Of a stretch of DNA of 64,000 bases, positions 1 to 8,268 are shown piece by piece. The DNA lies in NCBI GenBank assembly GCA_048594725.1, contig JBMDXA010000080.1, positions 1,430 through 65,429 of the forward strand, in the 5' to 3' direction. The notes beneath the pieces were generated by a model that was given only the letters and a program-made list of their open reading frames with translations, was not told the origin of the DNA and made no database searches. The translations under genes were made by a program, and so were the position numbers. This DNA is from Candidatus Kapaibacteriota bacterium. Lineage in GTDB: Bacteria > Bacteroidota > Ignavibacteria > OLB7. Numbering within the stretch: position 1 is the first letter of the stretch; every line of letters begins with the position of its first letter.

Positions 1-498
1 AGTGCCACCGGTACCAACCACATTCACCGCACCGGAGAGGCCGTTAACGCTCGTGACCGCTCCGCGCGCATTCGGCGAGAGCGAATCGGCGACGCCGGCA
101 ACGCTTGCCACATCAGCGTAGGCCGCGCGCATCGCATAGGCGCCGGTGGTAAAGGGAGTGCGGGGGGAGAACTCGGTGTTGGTCTCGACGGTAAGGCCGA
201 GATAATACGGACGATCGAACCGCAGCGAGTTCGGCAGCGGAGTCACCGAGCCGATACCGACATTGAACACGCCGCGCACAAAGCGAACGGTCTGCGTTTC
301 GGTATACAGCGGGACGCCGCCGGTGGGGGTGTCGTAGATGCTCAGCGTCATCGTGCGCTCGCCATCCGCGACCGGGCTACCACCGAGATCGGTAAAGACC
401 CCCTGGTAGGTAATGATTTTGGGAACCTGGGCCAGCGCGTCGGTTGCCACCGAGAAGGTGAGCAGCGCCAGAGCAGGTATGAGGGACCTCTTCAACAT
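1..498 (-). CDS. Secreted fibre-like protein, N-terminal part (runs off window edge)
   Basis: Not in ORF track. Manual translation from ATG at 498: MLKRSLIPALALLTFSVATDALAQVPKIITYQGVFTDLGGSPVADGERTMTLSIYDTPTGGVPLYTETQ...PYYLGLTV...AYAMRA; signal peptide plus the YQG...IYD..TGG N-terminal domain seen in FCB tail-fibre/collagen-like secreted proteins. Confidence 0.75.
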   Translation of the reverse strand, partial: MLKRSLIPALALLTFSVATDALAQVPKIITYQGVFTDLGGSPVADGERTMTLSIYDTPTGGVPLYTETQTVRFVRGVFNVGIGSVTPLPNSLRFDRPYYLGLTVETNTEFSPRTPFTTGAYAMRAAYADVASVAGVADSLSPNARGAVTSVNGLSGAVNVVGTGGT

Positions 499-591
499 AG
501 GATAGTCTTGAGTTAGGATTGGAATAATGAAACTCAACCTCGGGGAAAAGCCGCAATCTCTGGGTTGATGCGGCGATCACCGTAACGGCAG

Positions 592-1125
592 CTACCGGAC
601 AACCACCATCGTGATCGTTCTGGTAACTCCATGGGCCACAAGCCGGGCGGTATAGTATCCCGACTCCAGCTTATCGCCGCTGAGTGCCATCGTAACACGG
701 CCGGCATCTCGAACTTCATCGACCAGGGTGCGCACTTCGCGTCCCACCAGATCATAGAGCTTCAGCGATACCGCTCCGCCTGCGGGGAGGTCGAAGGATA
801 TCTGCGTGGTCGTTGAAAAGGGATTGGGAACGTTCTGGTGCAGTACTACGGCCGACCCGGCCATGCCAGGATCATACTCCACACCGGTGGTTGAAAGGGC
901 TGGCAGCATGTACCAGAACCCCTGTCCCATCGCATTGGAGCTGTTGGTTACCGGTCCGATGATCGTCTGAGCAATCGTACCGGCTATTACCGAGCTTCCA
1001 CTCACGGTGACGCCGCCGCCACCGCCTATGACGCTCGACTGCAATGTCATCTGCGCAAACGCAGGAGTACACATCAAAGCAAGCCAGCAACCGGCCATGA
1101 GGGAGGACCGTCTGGAAATTCTCAC
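592..1125 (-). CDS. Small secreted protein with T9SS type A C-terminal sorting domain
   Basis: Signal peptide ending AFA-Q; SSVIGGGGG...GQGFW domain; C-terminal QNVPNPFS...LYDLVGREV...SGYY..RL; GGAGG RBS before GTG. Confidence 0.85.
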   Translation of the reverse strand: MRISRRSSLMAGCWLALMCTPAFAQMTLQSSVIGGGGGVTVSGSSVIAGTIAQTIIGPVTNSSNAMGQGFWYMLPALSTTGVEYDPGMAGSAVVLHQNVPNPFSTTTQISFDLPAGGAVSLKLYDLVGREVRTLVDEVRDAGRVTMALSGDKLESGYYTARLVAHGVTRTITMVVVR

Positions 1126-1344
1126 GAAACAACCTCCATGAGTTTATATATGGATCTGAGCATGTATATCGTTCAGGGTATGCGGCATGCCCGCGCGGCA
1201 TATGCCACGGAGCAACTGGAAGAATGGCATTGTGCTGGCAGAACAATGCCGGATCTACTGCTGGAAGCGTAGGGAAACGCTTATATCTGGGATGACTTAG
1301 GGGTTGTGTACGGTAAGGAGATGGACCTCAGAACCGTTGAAAAG

Positions 1345-1370
1345 CCCGGATTCTTCCGATCCGGTTTTTT
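1345..1370 (+). terminator. Intrinsic terminator-like hairpin
   Basis: CCGGAT-TCTTCCG-ATCCGG followed by TTTTTT; AAAAG on the other side, so possibly bidirectional. Confidence 0.55.
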
Positions 1371-1389
1371 GCTTTTCCACTATAAACGA

Positions 1390-1484
1390 GCACCGATTTT
1401 GCCTTGCCCTATCGCAACTGCTAACCCTGATGGGTTACCCTTCTCCGGTGCCGAGTTCTGACACGGTCAGGGCCAAGGCGGTGC
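1390..1484 (-). ncRNA. Candidate structured non-coding RNA (unassigned)
   Basis: Nested complementarity: GCACCG (1390-1395)/CGGTGC (1479-1484) and GCCTTGCCCT (1401-1410)/AGGGCCAAGGC (1469-1479); intergenic; promoter-like TATATTCG directly upstream on minus strand. Confidence 0.35.
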
Positions 1485-1657
1485 GAATATACAAATTCGC
1501 AGCACATCATGTCAAGCATTGGAGCGCCGCCGGGAGATTGTGTTACCAACAGGATGCACCAATGGTACATTTGGGGCGGGCAGGCATCGGCAGAGATCAC
1601 CACACGAACATCTACCACATTTTCGCATCGGCGACGAGCATCGGACGAACATGAGCA

Positions 1658-3070
1658 TCAGGAATTGTCCGGCCGTAAACAGGGCTCCCCCTCCGGCAGG
1701 CTCCCCATCCCGTCCGGGCCGGACCCGGAACCGTTTGCGGTCCCCATGCGGGCGGAGAGCCCCAGCAGAAAGAGCGCGGCGGAACCTTGAAAATCGAAGG
1801 AGGGATTCAGCGATTTGAGAATCCCCTCGAACAGCAGCAGCGATATGATCGTCATCATGAACGCCGTCGATCCGCGCACCCCGAAACGGTGTTGCAGGGC
1901 AAACAGAGCGGTGACGAAGCCGGTCACTTCGAACTCTCCTGCGCTCCGCCCGGAAAAGCGGGCAACCAGATCCTTCATCGCAAGGATAAAGGCGGCGCGA
2001 TCCAGCGAGGCCGGGAGCGTGCTTGCGGTCTCCAGCACGATCGCCGCGCAGGTCTCGCCGTTATTGGTGGACATCGCCAGGAAAAACTCGCCGAACCGCC
2101 GGCGCTCCCGGTCGTCCAGCTCCGCCACCAGGCCGAAGTCGAACATGACGATAGTGCCATCCTCCTGTACGAACACATTGCCGGGATGCAGATCGGCATG
2201 GATGAAGCCATGCACGAAGATCATGGAGCAGAGCGCCTCCATCCCCCGCACCGACGCGGCTTCCCGGTAGAGCTGCGGAAGCTCTATCATATCCACCGGG
2301 GTCAGGCCGCCGATATATTCCATGACGATCAGATCCTCCGTGCAGAGTTCCGGCAACGTCCGGGGGATCACGATCTGCGGGCGGCCCGCGAGGTTGCGGC
2401 GGAAGCGTTCGTTGTTGCTCCTCTCCCGCCGGAAATCGAGCTGCCCCATCACGGTCCCCTCTATCTCGGCCACCACCTCCTTCAGAGGAACGTTCCGGAA
2501 CCAGGGGGTGCGTTCAAGCAGCCAGGCCATCCCGCGCAGCACCGCGAAGTCCCGCACCATCACCTTTCCCAGACCGGGACGCCGCACCTTCACCGCGGCC
2601 CGCTCCCCGCTCTCCAGCAGGGCCACATGCACCTGGGCGATGCTCCCGGCAGCGACGGGAACCGGATCGAATCGGGCGAAGCACCGGCTCAGAGGCGCCC
2701 CCAGGCTCCGCTCCACGATCCGTATCGCCTCCGCGGAGGGAAACGGGGTCACGTGATCGCGAACGCGTGCAAGGGCACGCGCGGCGGGAACTCCTATCAG
2801 ATCGGGACGGGAGCCGAGCAACTGGGCGATCTTGATGAACGTGGGCCCCATCCGCTCGCACATCGTCGCCAGGGCCGCCCCTCCCCTGCCGTCGTCGGCG
2901 CGGCGATGCCTTCTCCGCGCGTACAGCCACCACCGCATTCCCCCGGAAATCGCGAGCGCTCCCAGCGTCCAGGCACGCAGCATAACGGAGAGACGTGACG
3001 GCGCCGCATCGGGGGTCCGTGTGCTGCCGGGATCTCCCCGGAACGATTCAGTGGCCGGATCGGTATTCAT
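1658..3070 (-). CDS. ABC1/AarF/UbiB family atypical protein kinase
   Basis: GPTFIKIAQLLGSRPD, AAGSIAQVH, AVKVRRP, HADLHPGN and DFG motifs. Confidence 0.9.
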   Translation of the reverse strand: MNTDPATESFRGDPGSTRTPDAAPSRLSVMLRAWTLGALAISGGMRWWLYARRRHRRADDGRGGAALATMCERMGPTFIKIAQLLGSRPDLIGVPAARALARVRDHVTPFPSAEAIRIVERSLGAPLSRCFARFDPVPVAAGSIAQVHVALLESGERAAVKVRRPGLGKVMVRDFAVLRGMAWLLERTPWFRNVPLKEVVAEIEGTVMGQLDFRRERSNNERFRRNLAGRPQIVIPRTLPELCTEDLIVMEYIGGLTPVDMIELPQLYREAASVRGMEALCSMIFVHGFIHADLHPGNVFVQEDGTIVMFDFGLVAELDDRERRRFGEFFLAMSTNNGETCAAIVLETASTLPASLDRAAFILAMKDLVARFSGRSAGEFEVTGFVTALFALQHRFGVRGSTAFMMTIISLLLFEGILKSLNPSFDFQGSAALFLLGLSARMGTANGSGSGPDGMGSLPEGEPCLRPDNS

Positions 3071-3249
3071 ACGATATCATAGCGCCCGCCGGGATGTTTC
3101 ATTCTCGCACTACACGAGAGAACTACTGATGATTCCAGCAATCCATAAAGCGTACGGAATGAAGAGCGATGGCGAACAGCATTCAATATAAATCCCCCCC
3201 GGCGATGATGCCAGCCGGGACGGAGTACATCTTTGTGTACCCCCCCTGG

Positions 3250-3546
3250 GATTTTCGATTGACGATTTTCGATTTTCGATTGGGGGAGAGAGGTGGTGGT
3301 CTCCTCCTGGGATTTTCGATTGGCAACTATATACTCCAGCGACCCTGAGTGGGCACTTCCAGAAGAATCCCACGGGAAGCCGCGAAGGCGCAAAGAAGAT
3401 GTCTTTCTTTGCGCCTTCGCGGCTTTGCGTGATGCATCTGGCCTAGTTGGGTCTATCAGGTATATAATCGCCTTTCGATTTTCGATTGGGGGAGAGAGGG
3501 GGTGGTCTCCTCTGGGATTTTCGATTGACGATTTTCGATTGGGGGA
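3250..3546. repeat. Heptamer (GATTTTC/GATTGAC)-based composite intergenic repeat, about three units, interrupted by a MITE
   Basis: Repeated GGGATTTTCGATT(GACGATTTTCGATT)...GGGGGAGAG..GGTGGTCTCCTC units. Confidence 0.8.
3322..3472. mobile_element. 151-bp MITE, copy 1 (IS1595-like ends)
   Basis: Imperfect TIRs GGCAACTATATAC / GTATATAATCGCC; perfect 8-bp flanking duplication TTTCGATT (3314-3321 and 3473-3480); internal hairpin GCCGCGAAGGCGCAAAGAA...TTCTTTGCGCCTTCGCGGC. Confidence 0.8.
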
Positions 3547-3695
3547 GAGTTGGTGGCCTATTGCCGTTCCACCGGTATTCCTCCCATGAATGCTCGTATG
3601 GATTGCCCGCCGGGATGGCCGGGGTAGCATCGTGCCCGGTAGTTGAGTATGTTACCTTCCTACTCTATCTCATGAATCTTTCACATGGAGACCGG

Positions 3696-4217
3696 ATGAA
3701 ACCAAGGATCGATATCATCACGCTTGCGGTTGAGAATCTGGAGACATCGCTCGCATTCTACCGCGACGGGCTGGGCCTTCCCACCCAGGGGATACTCGAT
3801 GGCGAGGATCATGTGGCGTTTGAACTGGATGGAGGGGTGACGCTGGTGCTCTATCCCCGGACCGAGCTTGCCAGAATCAGCAACGATACAGGCACGATGA
3901 AAAGCTCCGTGGAGTTCATCCTCAGCCACGCGGCTTCCAGCAGAGAGGAGGTGGATACCATCCTGGCCCGCGCGCACGCGGCCGGCGCGGCCCTCCCCTC
4001 CCAGCCGCAGGAGGAACCGTGGGGCTATTCCGGATATTTCAAGGACCCCGACGGTCATCTCTGGGAGATCCTCTGGGGCTATGCGTTCGAGAACCTTCCG
4101 GAGGAGCATGCCCCTGCCGAAACAACCGCCTCTCCGGCGATGGCCCCGTCATCCGGCGGCATGCTGGCAGCGATACCCGCCGAACCGGCCCTGGCCGGCC
4201 ATGAAAACGGAGGATGA
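3696..4217 (+). CDS. VOC/glyoxalase family protein
   Basis: MKPRIDIITLAVENL..SLAFYRDGLG...WGYSGYFKDPDGHLWEI; start moved to ATG 3696 after GGAG. Confidence 0.9.
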   Translation: MKPRIDIITLAVENLETSLAFYRDGLGLPTQGILDGEDHVAFELDGGVTLVLYPRTELARISNDTGTMKSSVEFILSHAASSREEVDTILARAHAAGAALPSQPQEEPWGYSGYFKDPDGHLWEILWGYAFENLPEEHAPAETTASPAMAPSSGGMLAAIPAEPALAGHENGG

Positions 4218-4426
4218 ACCGCGGAACGATGCGGAACGATCGCGCACGGATCATTCCGCATCCCCGTCCGGAACCATTCCTCCGGAGTACGCTCCCGGCG
4301 GCATCGTCGCAGACCTTCCCCCCATGCTACGCGGCTATCTCCTGCGGCGTCCCTTCCCGCCGATGCTACGCAGGTCTATCTCGGATATATCATCCTGGAG
4401 CAGTTTTCAATTGACTTGATCGGTTC

Positions 4427-4499
4427 AGGCTCCCGTAGGGAGCACCCGTCTGTAGCTATGGTGTCAGTGTTTTCTTCGGAAGCTCCGTAGGAGCGACCC
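4427..4499. repeat. REP-like paired palindromes
   Basis: GCTCCCGTAGGGAGC and GCTCCGTAGGAGCGAC short hairpins of the type seen in intergenic REP elements. Confidence 0.5.
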
Positions 4500-4562
4500 A
4501 TTCCTCTGACGTGCGTTACCTCACACTCAACTGAAACCCGCTCTAATCAGGGAGGAGACTTC

Positions 4563-5363
4563 ATGGATCGCAGAACGTTCACCAGACAGCTTCTGGGAAG
4601 CGCCCTGCTGCTGGCCGGTTGCGGCGGCAACGCTCCATCGGGCCCCGGCGCCCCGCAGAGAAAGCGGCTGCTGGTGCTTTCGCAGACAGTGGAATACCGG
4701 CACGATACGGTATCGGCCGCCGTGGAGACCATCGGCGCACTCGGGGAGCAGACGGGAAAATGGGAGATAGCGCGGCGGGCCGAGAGCACCGGGGAGGTGC
4801 AGAGCGCGGTGACCGCCTCGGAGCTTCGGAAGGTGGATGCCGTGGTGTTCGCCAATACCACCGGCCCTCTCACCTTCACCGCGGAGGGGCGCACGGCCTT
4901 CTACCAGTGGATGCTGGATGGCGGTGCCTACATAGGAGTGCATAGCGCGAGCGATACCTTCCGCACCGATCCGGAATATCTGGCCCTGCTGGGAGGAACG
5001 TTCACCGGGCATGGCCCGCAGAGAGAGGTGCGGATAGTGGTGCAGGACCCGGCGCACCCCGCCTGCCGCGATCTCCCCGCCTCCTTCCCGCTCTTCGATG
5101 AGATCTACGAATTCAAGGACTGGAACCGGAGCCAGGTTCATGCCCTCCTCTCGATGCACCTGCACCCGCAGAGCGGCGAGCAGGGAGATTTTCCGGTGGC
5201 CTGGACACGGCGGCACGGCTCCGGACGCATGTTCTATACATCGCTCGGACATCGCGAGGATATCTATACCAATCCATTGTTCCGCAACCATCTCTCCGGC
5301 GGAATTCTCTGGGCGCTCGGACTGGCCGCCGGAAGCGATCTGCCGGGCAATCCCATCCTGTGA
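4563..5363 (+). CDS. ThuA-like domain lipoprotein (Tat signal)
   Basis: DRRTF twin-arginine, LLAGC lipobox; YRHD, FANTTG, GGAYIGVHSASDT, DEIY, GRMFYTSLGH motifs. Confidence 0.9.
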   Translation: MDRRTFTRQLLGSALLLAGCGGNAPSGPGAPQRKRLLVLSQTVEYRHDTVSAAVETIGALGEQTGKWEIARRAESTGEVQSAVTASELRKVDAVVFANTTGPLTFTAEGRTAFYQWMLDGGAYIGVHSASDTFRTDPEYLALLGGTFTGHGPQREVRIVVQDPAHPACRDLPASFPLFDEIYEFKDWNRSQVHALLSMHLHPQSGEQGDFPVAWTRRHGSGRMFYTSLGHREDIYTNPLFRNHLSGGILWALGLAAGSDLPGNPIL

Positions 5364-5391
5364 TCCGCATAGCACCAACTGGAAACAGACC

Positions 5392-5949
5392 ATGAGCAAT
5401 ACGATCCTCTGGCGCAGAATCGATCTCCCCGGCCACGATGCCTGCACCCTCCGGAAGCTGGATGACGGATGGCGGCTGGAGGGCACCGCGCTGTTCGCCC
5501 TGGAGGGGAAACCATGCAGTCTCCGCTACCAGGTGGAGTGCGACCGGTCCTGGCATTCGCGCTCCGGAAGGGTCGAGGGGTGGATGGGAGATGCTCCGGT
5601 ACGGCTGGAGATAACCCGCACCGCCGGCTTCGTCTGGAGCCTGAACGGAATCGTTCAGAAGGGAACCGATGGCTGCGCCGATCTCGATCTCGGGTTTACC
5701 CCTTCCACCAATCTGTTCCAGATCAGGCGCCTCGCCCTCGATCCCGGGGAAGCCGCAACCGCCCCCGCCGCATGGCTTCCCTTTCCGGCATTGGAGCTGC
5801 AACGGCTGGAGCATCGTTATCACCTGCTGGAGCCCAACCGCTACGGCTACGATGCATCGGGCGTAGGCTACACCGGCATTCTCGAAACCACGGAGATGGG
5901 GTTCGTGAGGGTCTACCCCGAATTATGGGAGATGGAGTGTATGGGGTGA
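5392..5949 (+). CDS. Putative glycolipid-binding domain protein
   Basis: LWRRID.PGHD...LRYQVECD..W, DLDLGFTPSTN..IRRL, LE..Y, GFV..YP.LW. Confidence 0.8.
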   Translation: MSNTILWRRIDLPGHDACTLRKLDDGWRLEGTALFALEGKPCSLRYQVECDRSWHSRSGRVEGWMGDAPVRLEITRTAGFVWSLNGIVQKGTDGCADLDLGFTPSTNLFQIRRLALDPGEAATAPAAWLPFPALELQRLEHRYHLLEPNRYGYDASGVGYTGILETTEMGFVRVYPELWEMECMG

Positions 5950-6181
5950 TGTTTCCAGGGAGCGGGGGAAGATATTGTGGCGATATGGATACGAACAGAA
6001 TGCATCACGGGAAGCCGCGAAGAAAGAGTTAAGAAAAAAAAGAAAAGAACAGTACCGGAATGGGCATCGCTCATTGTTCCTTTCCATGCACCGCATCGCT
6101 GCGGCCTCTCGTGATAATCCGGGTATAATCCCCAAATACTGGGATATTTTTTGAATTCCAGAAGATAGTACCGTAAGAATA

Positions 6182-7381
6182 ATGGCGCGCCCTCGCAAGC
6201 AACGCGGATTTCGCTCTATCACCGTCGATGATCTGAATTATAGCTGGCGCCTGAATCAACTATCGGGCCTGGTAGAGATCAATATCGCGGATTCGTACAA
6301 CCAGCGCCTGGAGGTGGATTTCGGCTGGTACGACAGATGGCTGTATCTGGGCTGCGCCGAACGCCCGCCCGATTATGAGCCTCAGGTCATCACCTCCGGC
6401 TTCGTCGAGCAGGCGATCCGTTCCGGGCTGCAGCAGGGATGGGCGCCGCATGCAAAAGGAGGGACGTTCCGCATACGCTATCGCAATGAATGTTTTATGC
6501 CGGCCGCCCGACACCAGCAGCTCCGAAATCGCATACCCGAAATCCTACAATCTCTCTGCCCAATCGAAAATCTCATGTCCAGCCCGCTTGCCTCTCCCGA
6601 TCCCTGGAATACCATCGCCGAAGGCTATACGATCGATACCGTCCCCCTCTTCTCCCGGTATGCGGAGGATGCCATACGGCTTGCGGAGCTTCCCCCCGAT
6701 GCCACTGTTCTGGATGTGGCAACCGGGCCCGGCACGCTGGCGCTGATCGCCGCCCGGCGCGCCAGACAGGTGACGGGAATAGATTTCGCCGAGGGCATGA
6801 TCGCGATGCTCCGCCGCCGCGCAGCCGAGCAGAATATCCATAACGTGGAAGCCATCACCGGCAACGGACAGCAGCTCCCGTTCGGTGATGCCACGTTCGA
6901 TGCCGGATTCTCCATGTTCGGCCTGATGTTCTTCCCCGATCGTGCCGCCGGATTCGCCGAACTGTATCGCACCCTGAAGCCCGGCGCGCACGCGGTGGTA
7001 TCCAGTTGGGCGCCCATGGAACACGTGCCGCTGATGGCTACCCTTTTCGATGCCACACGCTCCATCCTGCCCGACTTTCCGCTCGGGGGAGGCAATGCGC
7101 CCCTTTCAAACGCCGATGAGTTCAGCAGGGAGATGCTGGCGGCCGGGTTCGGCCCGGTGGCGATTCATCCGGTGAGCCATTTTCTGGAGATCCCTTCGGT
7201 ACGCTCGTTCTGCGAGTCGCGCTCCGATTCCTCGGCGCCGATGGCACTGCTCTACAAGACGCTGGGCGAGGAACGGTGGAGGGAATTTCAGACGGAGCTT
7301 ATAGAACGCATGGAGGAGAAATTCGGCACCGGCCCGATGAGCGTTGAATGGCCCGCGCTGCTGGGAGTGGGGGTCCGGTAG
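6182..7381 (+). CDS. Class I SAM-dependent methyltransferase (domain from ATG 6575) with in-frame ~130-aa N-terminal hypothetical module
   Basis: VLDVATGPG, GIDFAEGM, LPFGDATFD, MFGLMFFPD, LKPG; upstream part reads like a separate small protein. Confidence 0.8.
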   Translation: MARPRKQRGFRSITVDDLNYSWRLNQLSGLVEINIADSYNQRLEVDFGWYDRWLYLGCAERPPDYEPQVITSGFVEQAIRSGLQQGWAPHAKGGTFRIRYRNECFMPAARHQQLRNRIPEILQSLCPIENLMSSPLASPDPWNTIAEGYTIDTVPLFSRYAEDAIRLAELPPDATVLDVATGPGTLALIAARRARQVTGIDFAEGMIAMLRRRAAEQNIHNVEAITGNGQQLPFGDATFDAGFSMFGLMFFPDRAAGFAELYRTLKPGAHAVVSSWAPMEHVPLMATLFDATRSILPDFPLGGGNAPLSNADEFSREMLAAGFGPVAIHPVSHFLEIPSVRSFCESRSDSSAPMALLYKTLGEERWREFQTELIERMEEKFGTGPMSVEWPALLGVGVR

Positions 7382-7455
7382 AAATTCGGGGTAATGCGGA
7401 CCGCCGGGAGGAGCAGGGGATGGAATTTCCGGGCCGGGAGGACGCCCCGGATAAT

Positions 7456-8208
7456 TTATTTTGCCGACAGCCTGCGGCGGAACTCCTCCTTGCGTCTTCG
7501 CGATACGGCCACCGTCGAGCCATCGCTCATCACCACCTTTCCCTCTTCCCCGCGTATATATTTCCGGATATGATCCAGATTGATGAGATGGGAATTATGC
7601 ACGCGCACGAATCCCCGCTCATGCAGGGCGATCTCATAGTCCTTCAGCGTGCGCGCCATCAGAATGGTGGTTCCGTTGCGAAGATGGAACCGCGTATAAT
7701 TGGCCTCCGCCTGGCATCGGATGATATCGGCGATCGGCACCATCGTTACGCTGTCGTTGGCGACCAGAGCCAGCCGGGTATCGTCGTTGCCGGCATCGCG
7801 AACGCTCTGCACGATCTGTTTCAGGCTCCCCCCGGCTCTATTCTGCGCCGCGATACGGCGCTCGGTCCTTCGCACCGCCTCGACAAGATCATCGCGGTCG
7901 ATCGGTTTCAACAGATAATCCAGCGCGCTATATCGGATGGCCCTGATCGCATAGTGGTCGTACGCGGTGGTGAATATCACCTCCACGGGATGATCGTCCA
8001 GACTGTCCAGCAGATCGAACCCGCTGCCGAACGGCATCTCGATATCCAGGAAAAGAAGGTCGGGGCGATGGAGGCGGATCTTGTCGAGAGCGGCAGGGGC
8101 CGAATGCGCCGAATCCACAACCTCCACCGATGGGCAGTATCTGCCCAGCAGATCCAGCAGTATCTCGCGTCCTCCCGGCTCGTCATCTACGATCATTGCA
8201 CGAATCAT
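7456..8208 (-). CDS. LytTR family DNA-binding response regulator
   Basis: IVDDE, FLDIEMP, FTTAYD.YA, DYLLKP; C-terminal FVRVHNSHLIN, VSRRRK. Confidence 0.95.
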   Translation of the reverse strand: MIRAMIVDDEPGGREILLDLLGRYCPSVEVVDSAHSAPAALDKIRLHRPDLLFLDIEMPFGSGFDLLDSLDDHPVEVIFTTAYDHYAIRAIRYSALDYLLKPIDRDDLVEAVRRTERRIAAQNRAGGSLKQIVQSVRDAGNDDTRLALVANDSVTMVPIADIIRCQAEANYTRFHLRNGTTILMARTLKDYEIALHERGFVRVHNSHLINLDHIRKYIRGEEGKVVMSDGSTVAVSRRRKEEFRRRLSAK

Positions 8209-8268
8209 GATATATCGGGCTCTTGTGGGTATGAATAAAATCGGTATGCGGCCTTGCGCCCCGCATCA

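Noticed and set aside
1390-1484. Firm call as SRP (4.5S) RNA or a known riboswitch
   Set aside because: Lacks the GNRA-capped domain IV and I could not match a riboswitch consensus; kept only as an unassigned candidate
3067-3630. ORFs with KSSIENRKS-like text (also near 16137-16414 and 60594-60935)
   Set aside because: Translations of heptamer repeats and the MITE, not genes
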